Source: Octopus vulgaris
Lineage: Eukaryota
Direction of reading: 5' to 3'
Assembly (NCBI GenBank): GCA_951406725.2
Contig: OX597831.1
Location: 41,354,001-41,418,000 of the forward strand
DNA: 64,000 bases
Shown: one piece after another, positions 27,493-39,449 of the stretch
How positions within the stretch are numbered: the stretch's first letter is position 1
Layout: every line of letters begins with the position of its first letter
The notes under the pieces: generated by a model
Told to the model about the DNA's origin: nothing
Database searches by the model: none
The model's input: only the letters and a program-made list of their open reading frames with translations
Program-made: the position numbers and the translations under genes

Positions 27493-30400
27493 CCAAGCTA
27501 ATAACAATTCTTATAAAAAATGAACATTCGATAAGTATCTGAAAGGGGTTAAGGAAAATCGAAGATGAAACCCCAAAGTTTGTGAGTGATGCCATTCGCT
27601 CGATTTCAGTGTTTGGATTGCAGCCATACGGAATACTTTCTTCCAGAGGATTAATCAATCATATCGACCCCCAATATATCTAGTTCAAGTGCTTACATAG
27701 TAGATCTAGTTGCCTAGTGATATTAGGATGTCGAGCTTACACTAAGGTCGCACACATTCGATCCGTGGGACCGAGTGGTGCGTTATCTCCTGTGGTGCAA
27801 GGTACCACAATGAGCCAAGACTTATTCAACTGGAAAAAATAATGGTAAAAGTACCAGGTGTGCCAGGTGATGGTGTAACTGAGACATTACGTATACAATT
27901 CCATTCTTTCTCTCTCTAGCTATCACATATGCGATATTCAACTAGGTTAACCCTTTTGTTACTAACCCGGCCAAAACCGGCTCTGGCTCAGTGGTCAAAT
28001 GTTTTGTTTTCATAAGCTTTGAATTAAAATCTTCCACCAAGCCTTAGTCACAATTTAAGTTCCTAACACTAACTTAATGATAACTGAGTTATTTTACTAA
28101 ATTCTGTTATGAAGTTTGGAAAGCTGGTAAGGTGTCTACGCCTGTCCGCGATTATAAAGACACCTAAAGCGATTAAGGCACATGTAACCAGGCTCACACA
28201 CACTTGCTTGCAACGTTTTTTTTTTTTAATTTAATTTAATTTAATCGTTTATGGTAGTAAGCTTAATGGCTAAATTTTCCTTACTTGGAAGGGAGATAAC
28301 TCGACATCTAAATAAAAAAGTGTTTTGTCCCACCCACCGATTTACACATGCACTATAAAGTGCACTTGACACGAGACGGTTAAATACAGCAGTTTATAAT
28401 TAGAAAGAGTCAGACAAACATGAGTGTACTTATAAAGTTACATATTACACGTGTGTGTCGAGTGGAACAAGAAAAAAAACTGCTGACTTGCTTAACATGA
28501 GGTTAAATTTTCTACGACCACCGCATCATCGATTAACTAAAATTTCAAATAACACCGACAAAGTTTCGTGTGCCTTATTTGCATTATGTAAGAATTCAGT
28601 TAGGTTTAATAACAAAAACGGATCTCCGTCGGCTTCGACGATGAACATTCCATTCGTTCCTAACGGAATAGCTAATCGTCAAATAAACATATTAGTGGCT
28701 GTGTATTCCACAGACACATTTTACTGCTAATGCACTTCCTAAATTCTCAGGTTGAATCACCGGTGATACCATGTGACAAAGGTTGGGCCTTTAGATTACA
28801 CAAATACGATAATGCATCCATCCGAAGGGCCTCCACACAGCCCCTGTCAACCCGATTTCGCCCACAAGCCCGTTCTGCTCAACCCGGGAGACATGACTGC
28901 GAAGCGAATATTATAAACCATTTTGGTCATGCCTGCACTCAATATACTATACAACTGACACGCCATAACTGTACATATAAACAAAATAGAAATTTAAGCC
29001 CGACAGTGAGCTCTCATCCTAACTGCAGGAACTGCAATTTCTTGAAACAGCCAAACACTTGAACCTAAGTAGTTTGCAAAACAACCATCACAGTACATGC
29101 ACCTCGAGGCGAGATTACACTAAGATGTACTGGAATAAGAGTATAAGACGGGGGTGTTCATAGCTGGAATACCGTTTTTCATCAGAGTCAAATCACAGTT
29201 GATTTGTAGGATAAACAACATTCACCACCAAAACAAGTCGCGTGCAGACAAGCTGACAAGGTAGCTTCTAAGTGGTCTGTCGATCCGCTAGAAATAGCAA
29301 CAAAATCGCCATCAATTAAGACAGTAGAGTGATTATTGTGGCGTATGGGGGAATAAAAGGTAAATTCTTGGTAGAATACATAACTAGGTAACACTCAACA
29401 AACACTATCTTTCTTCGCCATGTCTGCCGGATAATGCAGTCCTAGAACGCTTTAATTCATATAGATCTTGTTTTTAATCGACAATGATCCGGACTCAAAT
29501 ATTAACTACTCGGCAAATATTTCTAGACCTCACAATTATTACAAATAAACGCGAGAAGCATATACGTACGTATGTACGTGCGTACTCAGATTCAAAGGAA
29601 ACATACGCTATGCTTCATTGGATAAAGTAAGATTCTGCAAGAAAACCCACATGGAGGGGAATAATTCCTAATCCGCTCGCACAGCGAGAAACCTCCCTAA
29701 CGTAACACTTTTTTCAGGTGAGATCAGCTATGTTGATCACACGTTTTACTAATTTCATCAACCCTTTAAAAAAAAAAAAAAAAGAATCGAAGCGAAAAAT
29801 GATTTCCAAAAAATAATCTCGCAAGCATGAAAGCAAGAGGTTTATATTTTTCAGTTAAATGGCGGTTGTTGCAAAATAGTGTTCAACTCCCGGTCAATTT
29901 ATATTGAGTAAGACCTATTGATGGTGTTCAAAGGCGTTCTAGACTCTTTACACGACTGCATTAAATATGCTAACGTTATTAACCGAACTACATACACATC
30001 AAACGTGTCTTCTTTCCTATTAAGACAGTAATGGAGGGAAATTTGGCTGCTATTTCTTACAGGTTGTCGAGTGATAACATATTGGAAAGTATAACGTTCA
30101 TCTTTATCCATAAAAAGGGAAAAAAAAATCCTATTCAGTTTTTGCCTTTTTTTTTAATGTAGAAATAAATCGTAGCTGATTAGGTTCGGTGAACTTGTTT
30201 ATAGCAGTTTTATGTTTTGTTGCTAAGTGGACGGTTTACAGCCTAGAAACCAGTAATACAAAACGAACACATATATACTACACACACAGAGTTTGAACGG
30301 TAAATAACAAGCATAAAAATTTAAATACCAACAGATATGAAGTAAGATTTAGGATTGTTGTAGGGTCGTGTTAATTAGCCCCTAAAGCAAGCCTATGATT

Positions 30401-31270
30401 GTGAGCGTTTTTACAGGCACAAATATATGTAGGATTATCTTATGCAATGTGTGTGATCTCAACGAGATTTGACTGCTATTTATAGCAATAGTTGTTGGTT
30501 AAACCCAGGTCAAACCTAATTAAACAGAAATACAATTATACCGGCTTTTATTTATTTATTTTTTTCGCGGGCAAAATGCATTTAGCATTAGATTATCTAA
30601 TATGTCCTTCCTTTAACAAGGGCATAGAAGTTTAATTTGAAGGCGACTTGGCTGCTATTCCTAGCTGAAAGAGATCAAGTAGTTTGCAATATTAGAGAGT
30701 GAGAGAGAGAGGGCGTTAAGATTTGAGAAAGAGAGGAGAATTAAAATAAAGCTTAAGTATTCGGCAAGAGACTAATAAAGCCGGTTACAATCCTATCACC
30801 CCACTTCCTCTCAAACTAGAACTTTGGTCCCTAATTGAGGGTCCAAAATATATTACAAGTACAGTCACACATACACACGTGCTTGGGCAAGCTCCGCAGA
30901 ATAGATAACTTATCAGCAAACAGACATCGTGACCTGGTTTCGATTCCACATTGAAAACATCAGTTTTATGCCTATCCCTGTGAAATACACCTTCGACAAA
31001 AATGACGTCAATAACAAAAGCATACAAAGAGCAAAAAAAATCTTCCTATTTTCATTATTTAATAAATAGAGGAGAATTCACAAAAAATATATATATCTGA
31101 AAGACCTTGCACCTTGAGTGTATAAAGGCAGCACTAATGATTCACCCGACTCGAAAAGCATGCGTGCATATGTGAGTGTGTGTAGTGAAGAGCAAAATTT
31201 ATCATAAATACACACACAACACACTTATAAACTATATTGCATGTATATATTGTGTGAACATTTCATTTTA

Positions 31271-31454
31271 TTTTTACGGTGTGGTAGTACACTACAGATA
31301 TCTATACAGTATATTGTGTCTATATAAATACAAACTTGTTTATATATATATATATATAACAAGTTTGTATTTATATACACACAATATACTGTATAGATAT
31401 CTGTAGTGTACTACCACACCGTAAAAAAATATATAGTGTAATATAATTTATACA

Positions 31455-31489
<35 letters not shown>

Positions 31490-31527
31490 TACACATACAC
31501 ATGTATAAATTATATTACACTATATAT
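31271..31527. repeat. Two adjacent near-perfect palindromes, each centred on (TA)n
   Basis: Arms ~31271-31340 / ~31358-31427 (one mismatch) and ~31429-31464 / ~31490-31527. Confidence 0.9.
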
Positions 31528-31872
31528 ACACACCTATACAAATCACTTTCTCTCTAAATATATATGAGAGAGAAAGGCGTAATAAAAAAATTTAACAATT
31601 TAAAGATTTTGTTTTCTTAGTAAAAGAAAAAACAAAACTGAATTTTTTTTCCACGATTTGGATCTTGGGGCTCAAGAAGATCTCGCCAAGCCAGAAATCA
31701 TTTTCCCCTCAAAGGCATGAGACCTTAAAACGTCACTTTCCGACAGTCGTAAAATATATGCAAGATGTCGTAAACACGCAAAATAAAGGAATAAATTCGT
31801 TGGAGAGCAGGCTTTCGACTTTTAGCTGGTTTTACTAATAAATACACCGCAGAAACATCATTTTTCCCCATT

Positions 31873-31904
<32 letters not shown>

Positions 31905-31989
31905 AACTGCTACTATCATAATCACCATCAGCATTATTAAAGATTAGAGAATAAGACAGAGGAATAGAACGCCAGGTTGAAGATATCTC

Positions 31990-32325
31990 TTTCTTTTATC
32001 ATTCGCTTATTTCAGTCACTAGCATCAGCTTAAAGGGCTTTAGTCGAGCAAATCGACCCCCAATATTTATTCTGCCACTTTTGCTGAACTGCTAGGTTAT
32101 AGGAACGTTGACCAACTAACACCGGTTGTCGAGTGGTTTGGGTGAGGACACACACACACGACGGGCTCCTTTCAGTTTCCGTCCACCACGTTCACGAAGC
32201 TTTCGTCGACTTGGTGCCATAAGTAGTAGAAGACGCTCTCCCCAAGGTGCCACACAATGGGACTGAACCTACCCGGAACCATGTGGTCGGGGAAACAAAC
32301 TTCTTACCACACAGCCACGCCTGTC
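31990..32325 (-). mobile_element. Composite tRNA-CORE SINE, diverged but CpG-retaining
   Basis: Reverse complement of the family consensus. Confidence 0.7.
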
Positions 32326-32717
32326 CTAATTCCCCTACCCTGACACCCCCCCACTAACACCACCACCTCCATCCTAAGTTTCAAAGTTCAAACGCTTGCC
32401 AGAGATCGAATTTGCATTTCACCCGTCCGAGGTCGACGAAATTATAAAAGTAGCCAAGTTACTCAATGTGATCGATTCGTTCTCGACCATATCGCCTTTC
32501 TCTTCTTTCCTTTTGAAATTAGATGCTTGAAAGAAAAGAAAAATAAAAAAAAAAAAGAGAAGGAAGTTTGATGAAATAGCATTAATCAATAACGAATACC
32601 ATATTTCTAAACTATTTATCAATCACTTAGTGGTCGATATTTCCAGTCAGATCGTCACAAACTTCGATTTAATGTAGCGGGAAGAGTAATCAACAAAATT
32701 ACTGAAATTATTATTAA

Positions 32718-33330
32718 AAGGTGACGAACTGGCAGAACCGTTAGCGCGTCGGACAAAATGCCCGGCGACATATCATCGAGCTTCACGTTTCGAGTTCAAA
32801 TTACTTCGAGCTCGACTTTGCCTTTCGTCCTTTCAGGGTCGATAAATTAAGAACCAGTTGAGCCCTAGGGTCGATGTAATCGACTTAATCCCCCCCCCTC
32901 CCTCGAAATCGCTGGCCTTGTGCAAAAATCTGTAACCATTATTATTAAGGACGGCAGAATCGTCAGAGCGTTGGGGGGGAAAAATGCGAGATATTTCTTC
33001 CGGCACTTTTGCCTTTCATCCTTTCGGGATCGATAAAAAATATTTTTTTTAAATACCGATCAAGTACTATAATAGAAGGCGGTGTAACCGACTGCCTGCC
33101 TGCCTCCTCCCAAAAACTACTGGTTCTGTTTCTTAATTAGAAACCAATAGATTATTACAATCGTTAGAGCGTCGAACAGGAAGGCATCACGATATTTGTT
33201 ATGGCTCTTTCCAAGTTCAAATCCCACCGCAGCCAACTTTGTGATTTATAATCAATCATCACCGGTGTCAATAAAATAAAGTAGTCGATACTAATCACAT
33301 CCTCCTATTTTCAAGCCTTTGCAATCTGTG
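32718..33330 (+). mobile_element. Three tandem Meta-type SINE copies of decreasing integrity
   Basis: Repeated ggcagaa.cgttag heads at ~32730, ~32953 and ~33160, and gcctttc.tcctttc.gg.tcgataaa cores. Confidence 0.7.
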
Positions 33331-33686
33331 CCACAAACGGTTTACATGGAAGACGTGATTCATTCTATAATAGGAAGTAAAAGAAAGTGAAAGAATACGG
33401 GGAAATGAAATAATGGCCTACGACCTGGAATCGAAACCGGGTCACGGAGGTTTTGTGACACTATGGCGCCGCTAAATAGCAACGGTGGATTTTATACAGA
33501 TGCGATATACACGCACGACTGCTAATAGATAAATAATAAACGATGATGATGATGATAATGATGGCACGTTACATGAGCTATGGCAAAAATATTTTTACAT
33601 ACAAACGTACATTATGTGAGGAAAGCACACACACACATATGTATATACACACACACAAACACACACATTACATTTATGCACACATG

Positions 33687-33721
<35 letters not shown>

Positions 33722-34113
33722 GTTATGCACACGATTCAATGTAGTTTCACTTATATTCTAACAACCATACCGGTTGCTACACCTTTGAAATCATACACGC
33801 CGTATTAAGGGGACTCACATTTTAAACTACAGGGGATTTTCTGTTGTGACACAATAAACATCGTTACTATTTCTAACAATAGTCGATAGCGTATACATAC
33901 ACTTTACACACATACATCTATTATATATATATATAGGTATATATATATATATATATATATATAATTCATTATTACCTCATTTCAAATGAGACAGACTCCC
34001 TTACTATAAACTATATAGGAATTCAAATACATAAAAACAGCACAATGTTGTGACCAACAATAATAATAATATTATATTATTATATATAGATATATATAAA
34101 AAACACGCCTTAC

Positions 34114-34143
34114 CTCATTGTTGAACGCCCTCACGGCTTCCAT
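34114..34143 (-). CDS. SCAF8: First coding exon of SCAF4/SCAF8-family CID-domain RNA Pol II CTD-binding anti-terminator (MEAVRAFNNE)
   Basis: Minus strand reads cattATG GAA GCC GTG AGG GCG TTC AAC AAT GAG|GTAAGG, with a strong Kozak context (A at -3, G at +4) and a consensus phase-0 donor. The peptide resembles the N-termini of human SCAF8 (MEAVKTFNSE) and SCAF4 (MDAVNAFNQE) as I recall them. It lies in a CpG-retaining, promoter-like region. Only 10 codons are visible, so SCAF4 versus SCAF8 cannot be resolved. Confidence 0.75.
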
Positions 34144-34379
34144 AATGAAGAGAAAAAAACGAGGGGGGTTTGTTTATCCTAATTATTTCGTCAGAGTTAG
34201 AATTCCTTTTGTCGATGTATCTTATTTTTCTCCTTCAAACGCTTATATATCGATGTTGTTGTTTTTTGGGGGGGTTTTTTCTGGTTCGTTACTTTTATAA
34301 TTTGAGAAATCGAATTAGGTTTCCGCAGAAATCGGTGCAAAGCACACGATAGGCCCCATCATCATGAGGGAATAAATAG

Positions 34380-34960
34380 CGTGTTTTGCAATATGGCGAA
34401 AAGAAAGCCAACCCATAATACTAAAATGTAGAGAAAGGGGGAGGAGAGGGAGAGAGAGAGAAAATGAGAAACAATGTGAAATGAGTAAAGTTATAAAGAG
34501 AGTGACTGACCGAGAAAAAACAGAAAGAGTTACATAAAAGACAGAGCGAGAATTAGCGAAGCGATATACAGAGTAACTAAAAGAAAAATGAGGGAGTGAG
34601 TTCAAAGAGGAAAAGTGTGAGACTTAAGTTAGATTTGTATAGAGTAAGTAAGTAAAAGACTGAAAATATACAGAGAGTGAGTAATATTAGAGAGATAAGA
34701 GGTAAATAGAGGGTAACTAAAGTACTAAAGAGAAAGCGAGAGAGACATGAGAATATGCCGCCACTTTGTAAAATGCTTTCTGATTAGTTGAGTTCTGATA
34801 AGAACAACCAATCGCAGAAAGTGATATTTATAAATTTCTCAGATGAGTGTGAGTTAGGAGAGTAGAGAGTAAGAGCGAGAATACGCGAGAGAAGGAAATA
34901 TATTCCATGTAGGTGATTGACCCTTTCATATCGCCAGGGTGGATGGCGATATTTATATTT
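34380..34960 (-). promoter_or_regulatory. Promoter/5' leader of SCAF-like gene, possibly bidirectional
   Basis: YY1-like motifs (aatatggcg ~34390-34398; gccgccactttg ~34757-34768), CCAAT box (aaccaatc ~34806-34813), a long CT-rich tract on the minus strand typical of a 5' UTR, retained CpGs and no TEs. Confidence 0.5.
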
Positions 34961-35076
34961 TCCGATAATTAAATGTGCTTGCTTGTTTATAATTTATTTT
35001 TAAAAAAAAGTACTTCGATCAGCCGGTTGAGATGTAAAAATTATATTTTCTTATTTTTTTTATTCATACGAAAATA

Positions 35077-35115
<39 letters not shown>

Positions 35116-36034
35116 CATACACTTAGGAAAAATACATGTAGTTCTTGAAATATGTACTTTTACGTTGCCTCTGTTAATCATCGTTCTGTAGAGTAAACAC
35201 ACGGGAGTGTGTGCGTGTATGTACGAGTATATAGATTTTTTCCTACTTAGCGTTTTATATTATATATTATATATACACTTTAGATGAGTTGTAGTGCACC
35301 TGAGCACTGTACACAATTATTATTATTATTATTATTATATACTGAGCATTAAGTACATATATATGTGTGTGGAGAGACAGAGAGATCAACTTTGCTATTC
35401 ATCTTCTCGGTGTCGATAAATAAAGCAGCTGCTTCTAATATTACTATCTAACATACTGCGATGTGAACTTCTCCAACTCTTCAAACAATGTTGTCAAGGC
35501 TGTAACTTTCTGCAACAGTTCGAGTGTGTCCAAGTAATCACCATTTACGAACAATGGTGTTACTGGCAGCACTGGAAATTAACGAGGAATTCCTCTCCTC
35601 TCAATTACAGGAAATATTGTTCAAGCGATTGTAAAAATGTCCAAGCGAATTCTCCCTAAAAGTCTGAGTGGATTTTATGTCTAGGTACACACGCGACACT
35701 ACTTCCACCCTGCGATACATCTAGACGGTTATCGAACCGTCAGTCCCACTTTTTCTTGTATTCATCGACCTTACGGAGGTTTTCTACTGTGAAGGGTTAA
35801 GAGGACTTCTGAACCTTTCTCAAAAATATGAGTGTCCTGACAGATTAGTGGAGATACTCAGACATTTCTACTATCTGTCTTAGGAGCAACTACTCGGCCT
35901 CTTTCCTAGCCATCCATGGAGAAAAGCACTCGCTCCAACACTAGTTGCGTTTTTAGGGGTTCCATGATTGAAAACATGGTGAGTTCCTAGATGAAGTATA
36001 TAGCCGCAACAGATTGGATGGAGTCTATCTAGAC

Positions 36035-36359
36035 CAGTGGGTCTACATGGATCCCCCTGAGAGTCCATATAAGGTTTTGGGGGTTCCACACCACAAAATA
36101 GTAAATTGGGGATCCACAAAAGAATTTTAAGAGCCCCTGAAAAAAGATTTTGCTTTAGATGTATGTATTGGTATGAATTGCAAGAAATAGCTAAGTTTCT
36201 TTCTCCTAGTTATATTGTTCAATGTGTGAAAAACAAAATAGCCATTTTGAAAGAAGTTTCTTTAAAACTAGTTTTTAAACATCAAATGGTCATGGGGGTG
36301 CACTTGAATAAAATAGTAATTAAAGGGGTCGATTAATAAAATATGGTTGAGAACCCCTG
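36035..36359. mobile_element. hAT/Charlie-type MITE
   Basis: CAGTGG...gagaaccCCTG with an 8-bp TSD atctagac / atctaaac. A related degraded copy lies at ~23270-23515. Confidence 0.75.
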
Positions 36360-36646
36360 ATCTAAACTAAGATTCACAGGGACCTATTGTGATATGTGGA
36401 TTCGCTAACTTCTCTTTGCTGATGACTCAGCTCTAGTGAGTCATTCCTTGGAAGATATTCAGAAAACAAAGTACCGTTTTGAATATGCAGCGATGGCCTT
36501 CAGACTATCAATATATTTAGCAACATTTAAAGTAGAGAAGTTCTCATATGAGTAGTAACGTTTCTGATGGCATCTACCTGGGTACGGTGGTGAAACGTAT
36601 GTAGGAACTAGTACTACTACTACAACAATATATGCACACACACACA

Positions 36647-37870
36647 CAGAGGATGCGAAGGGTATTTGAGGACAATTATCTTCAAACCAATTAAAGTTTA
36701 TTGTATTTTTTTAAGATTCCCCATGATAGATAAAATGCTAACACAAGAAATGAAAGGATATGCAGTCATTTTCGTCTTGTGCGCGGAACACAGCAATTTG
36801 GAAATTGCCAGTTTTCTAAATGTTGCAAGATCTTTTGTACACCAAGTTCGAATGGAATTAGAAGCATCTGGCAGGAAGATTTCAACTCTCTCAAAACGGA
36901 GAGAAAAAAATCAGAACAAAGAAAAACTTTCTAAAAAGTTGAGACACTGCAATTCATCCATCAGGTTCAAAACATTATCGTTAATGATCTCAGAAAATCA
37001 ATGTGGATCATCACCAAAGAAGTTCAGGTGTAGGAGTGGACTATCATAAATATGATGCACAAGACATTCAATACAACTTGTGCATACCAAAGAAAGGTTA
37101 ATTCTTATCTAATCGTTTGATCTGCCCCATGTGATTACTCAACAAGGTTAAAACGTTTTATGAACATGACATGGTTTAGCTCTTCTCTGATGAGAAAACC
37201 TTCGATTAAGACCAAAAGTCTAACAAGAAAATATCAGATGGTTATTCGCAGATTCTGAGGTCCCCAGAGTGATGCACACTAAGTTTCCAGCATTTGTGAT
37301 GGTTTTTGGAGTAGTGAGTAACAAAGGTCACATGATACCACCTCACATTTCCCCCACGAGGTTTTGGAATTAATACTGCTGAATATGTTGAGGTGCCAGG
37401 GACAGTTAAGCTGTGGATGGATTAAATATACATAGTGGATGACCATACGTGTTTCTACCTTCTCACAATGCCTACATTATACAGGTATGAATGCCAAGCA
37501 ATCTTATGCGATCAAGTAGCACCAAACTTGTAGCCTCAAAATTTGCATCATTTAAATCTCATGAACTTCTACACTTTGAGCGTTCTTGAGACAGAGGCCA
37601 ATGGACATCTTCACAATGCCATAGCTTCACTGGAGGTCACTATTGTCCAGGTGATTGCTGAAATGAATAAGGACTATTCAGTACAGGCATGTCTGGTTCT
37701 GGTTTCGCATAGAAGCAGTCATTGAAGCTGAGGATGGATTCGTAGGATAATCCTATAAGAAAACATATCGAGAACATGCACTCATTTTTTTTTTAATGCA
37801 TTTAGATTTTATCAGATTGGAGTTGTTTAACAAATTACTGAATATGTCTTTAAATACTTCTCACTCCCTG
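36647..37870 (+). mobile_element. Tc1/mariner transposon of DD37D (maT) type, near full length, inactivated
   Basis: Degenerate TIRs (cagaggatgcgaagggtatttgaggaca / tgtctttaaatacttctcactccctg). Residues EIASFLNVARSFV, FSDEKTFD*DQK, VPRVMHTKFPAFVMVFGVVSNKGHMIPPH and terminal EAVIEAEDGFVG*, with stops and frameshifts. Confidence 0.85.
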
Positions 37871-39449
37871 TGTGTGTGGGTGTGTATGCACACATACATA
37901 AAAACATACATACATACACAGAAAGACCAACGAAAATTTTTGATTTGTCACTTTTCTGTTTTTCTAATTAGATAGGTTTTCTCTTCCTGAATATAACAGT
38001 CTTGATGACAAGCAGTATAGCTTCTTAACCACTCATGTAGTGTCAGCGCATAGTCATGGTTGATTTAAATTACACAGCAATATTATTGAAGATTTTCTTT
38101 TTAATTAGTGAAAGTTTGTGTTGAGGTAGACCTGAAAGTTATAAAGAATTAAAAACCTCTGTAGAATAGATTACTATTTCTTGCTAATCTATAGCAGTAT
38201 CTATTGATTTGTTGGTACGACTATTTCATGGAGGCGCCTACAGCAACTGTCAATTGATCCTCACATTTTTGTATGAACGTGCCTCTTTTGCACAAACCAC
38301 TTGTATGTCAGTTAAGTTAATAATGCTGCAAGCTATGAAACACCTTTGATCTTTGGTGGCTCATGTACAGCACCCCCTATTTCCACTCGATATTATCAAT
38401 AACATTCAATATAATGAGTCCTTTTTTCTTTAATTCTTTCTTTATACATGTACATTATTTAATCCTTAAGCTTAATGTCAGTAGCCATCCCCTAGTTTAA
38501 GAAAAAATACAAAAATCCTTGTATAGAACTGTGCGCTTCACAGTTCCAGCAACACAGTGTTTAGCTGTTGTGCGCATACTCACATGTCCAATATAGGAAG
38601 CTGCATGCTAGGGAGAGAGAGCACTGTGGTTCATGCAGTGCTGAACCTGGTGTGCTGGAGAAAGGTAGTGGTTCTTTTTGACTCCGCATGAGTTGTCCTT
38701 AAAAACGTGTTTATATTCTTGAATGTAATAAAGTATAGAATTAGATTATTATCCTGCTTCCAGCTAGTGTTGCTACCAGCATTTGAAATATAGGGCAGAT
38801 TTTCCTCTCTTATTTTGTGATTTAGGGGGTATTTTTGAAAAACAAGGGGGAATTCACGACAGTATTCAGTGAACAAATTAAACACACTACCTGGCAGTAG
38901 CTAAAACATGAATCAATCAAGTTTATGTAGAAATTTTCTTTTTATATGTTTGTTTCTTTTTACACAATATTAAAACAACAGTTAAAAATTTTCTGAAGCA
39001 GCACCCCCACTAATTTTATCTACAAGCTGCCACTACTTTTGATATAATATTTGTCTGTTGTCTGAACCACTGCGAATGGACAAACTATAATTATTGTGCC
39101 GTAGTTGTCAGAAGAAAGCCTTTGCTCTCCATGTTATAACAAAATTTGGGGCCCAATGACCAGACACCTAATTTCCAAAATGATGGACTTTCATGTTTGT
39201 AGACATTCTTAAGATTTTAACTTTGATCCAAAATGATGTTGATTTAGAGGAAAGGTGGATATCACCAGCTTTTATTCATTTGGATATCACTGGCAAGGTC
39301 TAATGTAAGTCTCTTGACAACATCACGGCTAAAACTTCTATTTTGAGACCTGTTGTCACATAAGTCTTTTCATACCCTACTCAAAACACCCCAGAGCTCT
39401 CTTGATTTCCATAGTACATTCATCTCTGACAAAAATTTGGAATCTCTTA

